DNA of 50,189 nt from a virus (Duplodnaviria > Caudoviricetes): positions 1 through 50,189 of IMG/VR virus record IMGVR_UViG_3300005613_000094. One strand, 5' to 3'. Shown in pieces: positions 17,701 through 25,262 of the stretch (position 1 is the stretch's first letter; each line of letters begins with the position of its first letter). Made by a program: the position numbers and the translations under genes. The notes beneath the pieces are model-generated. The model made no database searches. It saw only the letters and a list, made by a program, of their open reading frames with translations, and was not told where the DNA came from.

Positions 17701-19854
17701 CTATTTCTTGTACTCGTAAGACTCGAAGCCAGCGGCTGCGAGAGGGAGACCTTCAGTCCAGTCTTCACCTGCAGCCAAGATATCAGACAATTTAGCATGT
17801 GTAAAGTCTTTTTTATCAGGTGTTTCAGTTACGAGTTCATCATGCACATGTAAAACTATCGGATAACCCGCGTTCTCGGCCTTTGGCATCGTCCAGTACA
17901 ACACGTCGCGGGCGATGGCTTGACAAACGTTCTCGAATAGTTTACCGCCGTAGGTGCTGAGACGTGACCACTGTCGAGTGTAAGGGTTGTCGCCCATGAA
18001 TGTGATGGTCGACTTCTTGCCTTTGTAGTTGAGTTTAGGCGCTGGGTAGTTCAGGACTCTACCAGACGGAAGTTTGATGCGCAACCATGACTTATGGCGG
18101 CGGACTTTCAACAACTTCCCGGCGTTATACGTCTTGCCTGGGTGTGAGATGGCCAGCTTGACAGCGCTCTCTAAACGCGCCCACATGTCCTGAATGTTAC
18201 TGTTAGCCTGGCGGTATAGCCGCTTCAATACGTCAACGGTTATGTAGGCCTCACGGCTCAGCCCGAACATCGGGAACCCCTGCTTCTCAGCCCAGATAAA
18301 GAAGCTGGCCGCTTCACGCACCGTCTCTTTCGGGAGGGTGTGGTAAATCTCTTCAGCTAACTTTTCCAGATCGAATCCATACCCAGCCGCACCAGTCACG
18401 AACGCACCGACACCACCTTGGTACTGAAGCATGAGTTCCTGCACCTTACCGATGTTACGCTGAGGCGTCGTGCATACGTGGTCGTCGGGCATGTTGAATG
18501 AACGCTTGTAGGCCAGGTTGTACAGATCCTCCCCCTCACGCACAGGCTTGCCTCGACCATCGTAACCGGTGATCGTGTCGAACTTACGGAAGGCCTGTAG
18601 TTTCCACTCCTCGCCAGCGAGCCAGGCGCCAACACGCCCCTCAATATTCGAGAGATCGGACACGACCAGCTTGCGCCCAGGTGCGGCGCACAGAACCGCC
18701 CTCACAGACGACGTAAGCAGCTTTGTTAGATTGGGTACGTTACCGGCTGCACTGCCATCTTTCAACAGCGCCACGCCCCACTCAGTTTCACTGGCTGGCA
18801 GTAACCCACGACTCGGAAGGTTCTGCGGTTGGAATGTACGCCCGGCAGCACGACCCGTTCTCTTGGCACCTAGAAACTGGACGGTGCCACGACAACGGCC
18901 ATCATCGTTGGTAGCCTTCTTCAGCTTGGAATATTTTGTAACGCTGGTCGATGTCGCCTGTAATCTGTTAGAGATCAGCTCACACACGCCATCCGGTAGG
19001 TCAGGGTCTTCCAGGCGTCGGGTGAGGGTCGCCTTCTTCATGTCCGGTAGCGACACGCCATACTCTTTCAAGAGGTATTCAAGCAGCTTGTCGCGCTGGG
19101 TGGTGGCGTCCAGGAACTCATCGGTCGCTTCCTTCGCTTCAGCCTTCAACCTGATTTTCTCAGACTTCACGGTTTCGATAGCTGCGTCGACCAACTCCAT
19201 GTCGACGTGGAAACCACGGTCGTTAATCCGTTGGTCGATGTGCCAGTTGGCCAGTTCGACTCCGTTTGGGTAATTGTTCTTAGGCATCTTCTTGTGGACA
19301 GCACGCATAGCTGAGATGTCAGAGACCGCGTACTCCTTGAACGCTGCCCAGTCTTCCGGGTGTGTCTCGTGTGTAGCACGGCGGAGGGTCATGTTCTTCG
19401 GGCGTGGCTTGCAGAACAGCTGGATGAGTCGCTTACCTTCTTTGTTCTTGGCATCTTCGTCGCCGACTTGCATGATCTCACACGTCTTGCCGAGGGCACC
19501 TGGCAACCCGTTTGAGTACGCCTGCACCATCGTGTCACGCCAGCGTTCGATAGACCAGTCCATTTCTGGGTAGTGGGTCTTCATGACGTTACGGTCGAAC
19601 ATAGAATTTTGCGCCCAGATTTCGACGGCTTTAGCGACAGCGTCGACGAACTCATCGGGCAGTACCTCACCCACGGTGAAGTCGACACACTGTACCGGGC
19701 CGTCGTCAACCGCGTAGGTCAACAGCATGATCTCGCTATCTTCGATGTACCGGTACGTACCGTTTGCTATCGGAGTTTCGCAATACGTCTCCGTGTCAAG
19801 CCATAGTTTTTCAACGGTTCGGTTGCGCTTCAGGTGCTTGCTGAAATCTACCAT
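17701..19854 (-). CDS. polA: Family A DNA polymerase with 3'-5' exonuclease domain
   Basis: LDTET exonuclease I; RTGR..QPQNLP; motif A DLSNIEGR; motif B R..GK...L...Y; motif C HVHDE. Confidence 0.95.
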   Translation of the reverse strand: MVDFSKHLKRNRTVEKLWLDTETYCETPIANGTYRYIEDSEIMLLTYAVDDGPVQCVDFTVGEVLPDEFVDAVAKAVEIWAQNSMFDRNVMKTHYPEMDWSIERWRDTMVQAYSNGLPGALGKTCEIMQVGDEDAKNKEGKRLIQLFCKPRPKNMTLRRATHETHPEDWAAFKEYAVSDISAMRAVHKKMPKNNYPNGVELANWHIDQRINDRGFHVDMELVDAAIETVKSEKIRLKAEAKEATDEFLDATTQRDKLLEYLLKEYGVSLPDMKKATLTRRLEDPDLPDGVCELISNRLQATSTSVTKYSKLKKATNDDGRCRGTVQFLGAKRTGRAAGRTFQPQNLPSRGLLPASETEWGVALLKDGSAAGNVPNLTKLLTSSVRAVLCAAPGRKLVVSDLSNIEGRVGAWLAGEEWKLQAFRKFDTITGYDGRGKPVREGEDLYNLAYKRSFNMPDDHVCTTPQRNIGKVQELMLQYQGGVGAFVTGAAGYGFDLEKLAEEIYHTLPKETVREAASFFIWAEKQGFPMFGLSREAYITVDVLKRLYRQANSNIQDMWARLESAVKLAISHPGKTYNAGKLLKVRRHKSWLRIKLPSGRVLNYPAPKLNYKGKKSTITFMGDNPYTRQWSRLSTYGGKLFENVCQAIARDVLYWTMPKAENAGYPIVLHVHDELVTETPDKKDFTHAKLSDILAAGEDWTEGLPLAAAGFESYEYKK

Positions 19855-20030
19855 TAGTCCTCCATCGATTTACAGGGCCTGCGCATAGCGTCCCGGGTGG
19901 TGGCGTTTCTTAACGCGACCAGCCCGCAGCCTGAGCAGTACGACCAGTGTAGTACTTTCCGGCTGAATACGTGAGCTACATTGCTCTTAAAATTTAATTG
20001 CTTTTGCTTCCAGCTCGCTTTCTTGCTCAC
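19854..20030 (-). CDS. Small Cys/His protein (58 aa), missing from the ORF track
   Basis: VSKKASWKQ...H..YCSGCGLV...PC; GTGA overlap upstream and TAATG overlap with the polymerase ATG. Confidence 0.6.
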   Translation of the reverse strand: MSKKASWKQKQLNFKSNVAHVFSRKVLHWSYCSGCGLVALRNATTRDAMRRPCKSMED

Positions 20031-20311
20031 GACGCTGACGCTAAGACGTAGAATTTATATCCGGTTTCTTCCATCGACGGGTCGGTAAAGACCTTTGCGC
20101 CCATCAACTTGTTCACCGGTACTTGGCCACCTACCAGGCTCCGTATGCTCGGGTCGGCCAGTATCTCGTCAAACTGCCTCGGGTGCATGGTACAGACAAC
20201 GTTACCGGCATCCCAAGCACGGTAGAACGTGTAATCATCATGGCGTAGTCGGTAACTTTCACGTACGAAATCGTTCACGGCGGTAGGTTCACGCCCTTCT
20301 AACATCCCCAT
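20027..20311 (-). CDS. Hypothetical protein (94 aa) with a capsid-A-domain-like motif
   Basis: ATG at 20311 with GAGGAG RBS; MHP..F..I.......G....LMG.KV..D. Confidence 0.65.
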   Translation of the reverse strand: MGMLEGREPTAVNDFVRESYRLRHDDYTFYRAWDAGNVVCTMHPRQFDEILADPSIRSLVGGQVPVNKLMGAKVFTDPSMEETGYKFYVLASAS

Positions 20312-20341
20312 GGTTTTCTCCTCGTAAATAATTATATTAGT

Positions 20342-20595
20342 GGTGGGTGTGCCCCGAAGAGCGATCAACCCGTGATCCTGGCTTATATTTTCCTTATCTT
20401 TTTCAGATCCGCAGCATTGCACCAGTCCGCAATCATGATAGGCCCTAGTAGGCCCCGAGGTCTTCGCGGGTGGTGATATAAGTCATCGTTAGCGGGACCC
20501 CTCCAGGTTCGCAGCACAGACCGAACTGTCCGTGATACCGCGTCGCCCTTCTGGGGTGGATCTCTCCCGCATCTTGGATAGGATCTCCTCGTCTA
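20342..20595 (-). ncRNA. Putative structured non-coding RNA (~250 nt, unknown class)
   Basis: Gap with no credible ORF, containing several nested complementary helices, G-U pairs valid only on the minus strand, and a C(UUCG)G hairpin. Confidence 0.6.
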
Positions 20596-20603
20596 AGTAT
20601 TAG

Positions 20604-21257
20604 TTAAAAAGCTTCGTCGTCACCGTCGTCACCCTCAAATTCTGAGGTGTCGTCCATGTCTTCGTCGGTGAACTCGTCCATGTCGTCGTCTTCCTCGTCA
20701 TTGCCGAGGTCGTCGAAGTCGTCGTCGGTAGCTTGAGCACCTGCGAACGCATCGCCGTCTGCGACAAACTGGACACCGATTAGGGTGCAGCGAACACCAG
20801 GCCATTGGCCCCCTTGGATATACATGTCGATGGTGGCATTGACATAGCAACCCGAGTATGGCTTACCGTCCGCTGCGGTAAGCTTGTTTTTAGCACGGTC
20901 AATAACAGCCGGTGCGCCTTGCTTGGCTGCACGGTGACCAGTAATGATCATGTGGTTCTCGTACTCTTCGCGATCTTTAGTGTCGCCGTCGTGGTAACAG
21001 AACTTATTGGTGTCCCCGGCCATAGCTTTTAGCTTGGCTTTGTAGGCAGGAACTTTCTTCGTTCCCGTAGGCTTCTCCCCCCAGGCATCCTTGGCGGCCT
21101 CGGCGATTGCGTTGCGAATTTTCTTGTCGTTCTCGCTGTCCTTTTCGATAAGATAGGTCGCGTCATAGCGAGGTTTTCCATCGCCGGGGGTGTATTCCTT
21201 AGGCTCAAAGAGTTCAGGAAATGATAAACGTACGTTTAATAGTTTTACTTTTGCCAT
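20604..21257 (-). CDS. DUF2815-family single-stranded DNA-binding/annealing protein
   Basis: VRLSFP.LF.P; DGD; YSGCYVNA; GVQFV.DG..F; long acidic tail ending in F. Confidence 0.9.
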   Translation of the reverse strand: MAKVKLLNVRLSFPELFEPKEYTPGDGKPRYDATYLIEKDSENDKKIRNAIAEAAKDAWGEKPTGTKKVPAYKAKLKAMAGDTNKFCYHDGDTKDREEYENHMIITGHRAAKQGAPAVIDRAKNKLTAADGKPYSGCYVNATIDMYIQGGQWPGVRCTLIGVQFVADGDAFAGAQATDDDFDDLGNDEEDDDMDEFTDEDMDDTSEFEGDDGDDEAF

Positions 21258-21269
21258 GGTAGTGGCTCC

Positions 21270-22613
21270 TTAATAAAATTCTGACATGTTGTCAGTTGAA
21301 TCGGTTGAATCAATATCGTCGAAGTCGTCTTCCGGTGGTGTGATAGTCACTGCTTCGCGCTTATCAAGTACCGATACGACGGTCAACTTCCCTTCTGTGC
21401 GTCCGTAGTGCGACTGCAAAGTCTTCCACTGGCGTGGGCCTATGTCGCCTTCCTTGAACGCTTTCTCGGCGGCTGTAGGGCTAATAAGCTTCTTAGAGTA
21501 CGCGACATCGTGCTTGATCTTCATACTCTTAGTCATCAGTGTTTCGACTTCTTCCTCGTCGATCCAGGCACGATTACCGCCGGGCCCTTTGACCAACTTC
21601 CAGCCTTCCATGACCGCGCCTTCCTTCATTACCTTGGCTACGTGTCTGTCGACAGCATCACACCAGTCCTTAACCAGCTTGGTCTTACCCCGGAGTTCAG
21701 CTAACCGTTCGTGCGACAACCCGTTCAGGTCGCCTGTGTTGACTGGTAGCGCATCGAAGTCACAAGAGTCTTCTATGTGCTGAGCCAACGCCGGGCAGTC
21801 ACCCTTGCGCTTGCAGTAACCTGTTGAGCAGTGCTCGCCAGCGGTCAGGTGTTTAGTGGTGTCGAACTTCTCAGGGTCGGAGTCCAACAGTGCTGTGCAG
21901 ATCGCCGCAGCGTCAGCACATCGTTCCTGGAAATCTAGTAGGTCGTTTACAGATACTTCCCACTGATCGACCACACCCAGGTTCGGCTGGTGGATAACCA
22001 GCAAGAAAGAGTCCACGTCTTCCGGTAGTGAGAAAGCATGTTCCTCATACGCTGCCAGGGCGTACATCATGAGCTGGCTGTTCTCTTCCGCGTAGACTTC
22101 ACGGTAGCCGAACTTCAAATCATGAACCTGAGGTTGCGGCAAGTCGTCACACCCCGGAAGAACCACCACATCGCCGGTGCCTTTCGCGTCCTTCTCACCG
22201 GTTATGTGCTCGATAGTCATGCGCTGCTCAACGAGTAGGGTGCCACCGCCAGCTATCTCAGTAACCTTGTTGATATAGCCCTGAACTTTCTCGAACATAT
22301 CAATCGTTACTTCGATAGAGAACTCGACTTCTTCCGGTTTGTGTGGTGCTCTCGCCCAGGCTGCTTCACCTGTCTTCAGCACGTCGATGGTTTCACCTAC
22401 CAAAATTTTTGGCAGCTTGTCACCGTAGACAGTGAAGCCTTCAGCCCCCAGGAAGTGAGCGGCGGTGCCTATGGCAGAGTCGTACGTTGTCTCGTCTTCG
22501 CAGCCCCGCTCCATTACCGGTGCCCCCGCGCAGGCCATCCACTTGGGCGAACCCGACGGTGAGAGCACCGCGTGTGGATTAGTCTTCGGTAATGTCGTGT
22601 TGGCTTCTGACAT
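21270..22613 (-). CDS. DUF2800-family (Cas4-like PD-(D/E)XK) exonuclease
   Basis: HA.LSPS...W..C; GTAAH; GTGD; DLKFG; QLM.YA; G.HC..C...CP; GWKLV.G. Confidence 0.9.
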   Translation of the reverse strand: MSEANTTLPKTNPHAVLSPSGSPKWMACAGAPVMERGCEDETTYDSAIGTAAHFLGAEGFTVYGDKLPKILVGETIDVLKTGEAAWARAPHKPEEVEFSIEVTIDMFEKVQGYINKVTEIAGGGTLLVEQRMTIEHITGEKDAKGTGDVVVLPGCDDLPQPQVHDLKFGYREVYAEENSQLMMYALAAYEEHAFSLPEDVDSFLLVIHQPNLGVVDQWEVSVNDLLDFQERCADAAAICTALLDSDPEKFDTTKHLTAGEHCSTGYCKRKGDCPALAQHIEDSCDFDALPVNTGDLNGLSHERLAELRGKTKLVKDWCDAVDRHVAKVMKEGAVMEGWKLVKGPGGNRAWIDEEEVETLMTKSMKIKHDVAYSKKLISPTAAEKAFKEGDIGPRQWKTLQSHYGRTEGKLTVVSVLDKREAVTITPPEDDFDDIDSTDSTDNMSEFY

Positions 22614-23052
22614 TTAAGACCTCCTGGTATGCGTCGTTGTACTTCTCTACAGGTAGCGCACCCTCGGTAAGTGGGACACCGCCTTTCGTGAACTTAGTCA
22701 AGAATTTTTTGCAAACAATCTTGGCTGCTGGCAACCCTTTGTGCTGTTTTATCTGAACGAGGGTGCGGTGGAACAGAGCGTGCAGTACCTTGAATTCTAC
22801 CGGCGTTTGGTCTTCAACTCCGTCAACCTCGGTTTCTTCCGTTGAGTTTTCAGCAGCTTCTTCCTGCGCCGCCTTGACATCTTTACCTACATTCGGTTTA
22901 GATGGTGTGGCTTCTTCGGCTGCGCCTTTCTCCAATACAGCCAGGCGTTTTGCTTCGGAGTTACTAACCGGCTTTGCTGCGGTGCCGGTTAAGTGGTCGG
23001 CGATACGTGTTAGCTGCACCGTCAGTGCTTCGATTTGTTGTTCTAATGACAT
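22579..23052 (-). CDS. Hypothetical protein typically found upstream of DUF2800
   Basis: MSLE..I..L.. N-terminus, low-complexity linker, helical C-terminus; AAGGAG RBS. Confidence 0.75.
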   Translation of the reverse strand: MSLEQQIEALTVQLTRIADHLTGTAAKPVSNSEAKRLAVLEKGAAEEATPSKPNVGKDVKAAQEEAAENSTEETEVDGVEDQTPVEFKVLHALFHRTLVQIKQHKGLPAAKIVCKKFLTKFTKGGVPLTEGALPVEKYNDAYQEVLNVRSQHDITED

Positions 23053-23104
23053 TCGCTTGCTCCTTAGATTAAAATGACCCTAGTTATAAAGCTACCAGGG
23101 CGTT

Positions 23105-23125
23105 AAAAGTCCCCAGTCTCCGGGG
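23105..23125 (-). terminator. Possible intrinsic terminator/hairpin
   Basis: Minus strand CCCCGG-AGA-CTGGGG followed by ACTTTT. Confidence 0.45.
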
Positions 23126-23134
23126 GTTTGCTGC

Positions 23135-23344
23135 TTAGTCACCGCTTGCTTCACCGGTGTGTGGGAAGGCACCTGCTGTTTCGATACCGATTAAACTGGT
23201 GACCCCGTTGAGGTCGAAAGCTTGTTGGTTGGCAGCATGGTCCCGGGTTACATCGGCGAGCAGGCTGTAAACATACGCTAATTTATTAGCGAGTGCAACC
23301 TCTAATAACGAACTCACCTGAGACTCCTGTACTGCGCTTACCAA
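23135..23344 (-). CDS. Hypothetical protein
   Basis: Fills an operon gap; start uncertain. Confidence 0.45.
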   Translation of the reverse strand: MVSAVQESQVSSLLEVALANKLAYVYSLLADVTRDHAANQQAFDLNGVTSLIGIETAGAFPHTGEASGD

Positions 23345-23550
23345 CTCAAGGGGTGCATCGCTGCTAACACCTCCAGCTTTGCTATGTCCGCGTTGTGCCG
23401 CGCTTCGGTGGCTGCCGCAACGTCGATGTCGAACTGTGAAAGCTTCCCTGCTCGACCAGCTTCGGCTGCTGCGATAGCTGCCTCAGGTGCCCCAGGTGTG
23501 TTGTGCGCTGCGTTTTCGTTCAGTTGGTTGATAGTTGTTAGTCCGTGCAT
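23338..23550 (-). CDS. Hypothetical protein
   Basis: MHGL.TI..LN N-terminus; AAGGA RBS. Confidence 0.6.
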   Translation of the reverse strand: MHGLTTINQLNENAAHNTPGAPEAAIAAAEAGRAGKLSQFDIDVAAATEARHNADIAKLEVLAAMHPLSW

Positions 23551-23579
23551 GGTAGTTCCTTTATAAAAAAAATGGTTAA

Positions 23580-23945
23580 TTAGTGTTGCGGGTAGTCTTC
23601 ATCCCTCGAAGCGTTGCGGTCTAGCGGCACAGCCCGAAGTTTAAACTTGCCTAGTTTGGTGTTCTTCGTCTCCGCCTCAACCACTGCAGAAAATGATCTG
23701 AGGGTCTCAGCGGTAGGTTGTCCGTAGTGAATACGTCGGAAGCAATCCTTCTTACTGACAGTCAACACCCCGCCACTTTCCACGTGCTGGCGAATATATG
23801 CCAGTGTGTCGCGTAATTGGTTGGGGGTCAAGTCGCCCACCCGGGTGGTTAGCGCCGGAGGGCAGAACCACACTTCCTCGTCTGCCGCTGTTGGTGCCCG
23901 GCCTTTGTTTATTTCCAGCCTAAATCCAAATATATTTATTTTCAT
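23580..23945 (-). CDS. Hypothetical protein
   Basis: GGAG RBS; ATGA overlap. Confidence 0.6.
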   Translation of the reverse strand: MKINIFGFRLEINKGRAPTAADEEVWFCPPALTTRVGDLTPNQLRDTLAYIRQHVESGGVLTVSKKDCFRRIHYGQPTAETLRSFSAVVEAETKNTKLGKFKLRAVPLDRNASRDEDYPQH

Positions 23946-24241
23946 TTCGTTCTCCAGTAAGGCCCTAACAGCCTAATTTCTTGAAAGGATACAAACTCCT
24001 GGAACACAGGACACTCGTCTTCCCGCTCTACACCTTCTACCACTTGGCAATGGTTCTCTTCTTTGTTGTAGAGGTGGCAGTTAGAACACTCGTTGTTGCC
24101 CCAGTTTGCTTCCCAATAATTTCTAACCAATTCGTACCCTGTACACTTGCCACCACCAAACCGGTGGGGAAGGGTGCCGTAAGCATTGCAGTGGCAAGTT
24201 ACCTCACCCTCGCGGTGCTTACGCCTAGTCTTCACGGTCAC
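23942..24241 (-). CDS. Cys-rich putative metal-binding protein
   Basis: CHC..PHR..C and CSNC..C..C clusters; GAGGA RBS; GTGA overlap. Confidence 0.6.
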   Translation of the reverse strand: MTVKTRRKHREGEVTCHCNAYGTLPHRFGGGKCTGYELVRNYWEANWGNNECSNCHLYNKEENHCQVVEGVEREDECPVFQEFVSFQEIRLLGPYWRTK

Positions 24242-24534
24242 GTCAGTAGTCCTCGTTGTTTCTTATAAGCGGCTAGAAGTTTCTTACCCATCGGAATGGT
24301 TATCCTGTTTTCATTAACCAGCCTGTATATAGTATTGTGCCCGACCCCCGCTGCCTCCGCTACTTTATCGTAGGTGCCCACAATTACTCTGAGCTGCGCA
24401 ACCATCTTCTGGAATACGTGAATCTTATCGGGGGACACCCAGTCGGCGAAGTTACCGTTTGTTGGGGGCTCCCTGAAATCGTTTGACTTCCCGCTCGCTG
24501 CGCTTAGGTGTTGTACTCGTCTGTTACCTGCCAT
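24238..24534 (-). CDS. XRE-like helix-turn-helix protein
   Basis: TYDKVAEAAGVGHNTIYRL; ATG at 24534 with GAGGAG RBS. Confidence 0.65.
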   Translation of the reverse strand: MAGNRRVQHLSAASGKSNDFREPPTNGNFADWVSPDKIHVFQKMVAQLRVIVGTYDKVAEAAGVGHNTIYRLVNENRITIPMGKKLLAAYKKQRGLLT

Positions 24535-24535
24535 G

Positions 24536-24802
24536 TCAGTTCTCCTCACAATCAAACGTGTCAGATTCCTCGTAGCTATACTCAAGAGACAATAATTCAT
24601 AAATGCTCTTGCGGTTAGCCATCAACGTTTGCAATATCTTGAACTGGTCAGCGGCGCAGGTAAGTCCTGCACTGTTCTGTCGGAGGATCGTGCCCAAGTG
24701 CTCAGCTATCCGATTCTCCATGTGTGTTTCAGCGAGCTTTGCCGAGTAGTGCTCCAACCCGTCTGGGGTTCGATACGAGGTTATTACTTTATATCCTTTC
24801 AT
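24536..24802 (-). CDS. Hypothetical protein (88 aa), first gene of the leftward operon
   Basis: ATG at 24802 with GGAG RBS, downstream of the promoter. Confidence 0.65.
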   Translation of the reverse strand: MKGYKVITSYRTPDGLEHYSAKLAETHMENRIAEHLGTILRQNSAGLTCAADQFKILQTLMANRKSIYELLSLEYSYEESDTFDCEEN

Positions 24803-24849
24803 AATTTTCTCCAGTTGTTTTAGCTGAGTTGCCCCAACTGATGAGCCGA

Positions 24850-24879
24850 AGCATAGCACTCGATAAAATATAGTGTCAA
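24850..24879 (-). promoter_or_regulatory. Sigma70-like promoter of the leftward replication operon
   Basis: TTGACA (24879-24874), 18-nt spacer with extended TG, TATGCT (24855-24850). Confidence 0.7.
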
Positions 24880-24904
24880 CACTTTTCTGGAAATAATTTA
24901 TCCC

Positions 24905-24933
24905 TTGCATTATCCGGTAGCCTATGCTACCTT
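24905..24933 (+). promoter_or_regulatory. Divergent sigma70-like promoter
   Basis: TTGCAT, 17-nt spacer with extended TG, TACCTT. Confidence 0.55.
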
Positions 24934-24971
24934 CGCGGTCTTCGAACGCAACTAACCTATATGAGGGATTT

Positions 24972-25262
24972 ATGAAACAAACAGACGATAAGATTAGCGG
25001 ACGCATGGACACCGTGTTGGCGCAATGGCTGCGTAAAGCCACCCCAGCACAGCGCCAGGCGCTGGCGGACGGGGCCAAGACATCAGTCGGGTATTTACGC
25101 CTATTAGCGGGTGTCCACCGTGAGAATCCCAAACTGAGATTGGCGATGGCTATAGTGGAACAAGCGAACAAGATCCCCCCTGACGGGGTGACGGGTGTGC
25201 CGCTCCCTATTATCAACCTGGAAGACCTGGCTATCCCTACACGTTACAAAGGTAAGCAGTGA
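24972..25262 (+). CDS. Cro-like/YdaS-like HTH regulator
   Basis: RQALADGAKTSVGYLRLLAG.R.P..LA..I; first gene after the divergent promoter, preceding the primase. Confidence 0.7.
   Translation: MKQTDDKISGRMDTVLAQWLRKATPAQRQALADGAKTSVGYLRLLAGVHRENPKLRLAMAIVEQANKIPPDGVTGVPLPIINLEDLAIPTRYKGKQ

Noticed and set aside
20342-20595. tRNA, tmRNA or group I intron
   Set aside because: No cloverleaf with T-loop and CCA end, no tag reading frame, no recognisable P7 core, and it does not interrupt a gene. Kept as an unknown ncRNA candidate.
24536-25216. 226-aa minus-strand ORF as listed in the track
   Set aside because: Its 5' part overlaps the Cro-like gene and the divergent promoters; the RBS supports a start at 24802.
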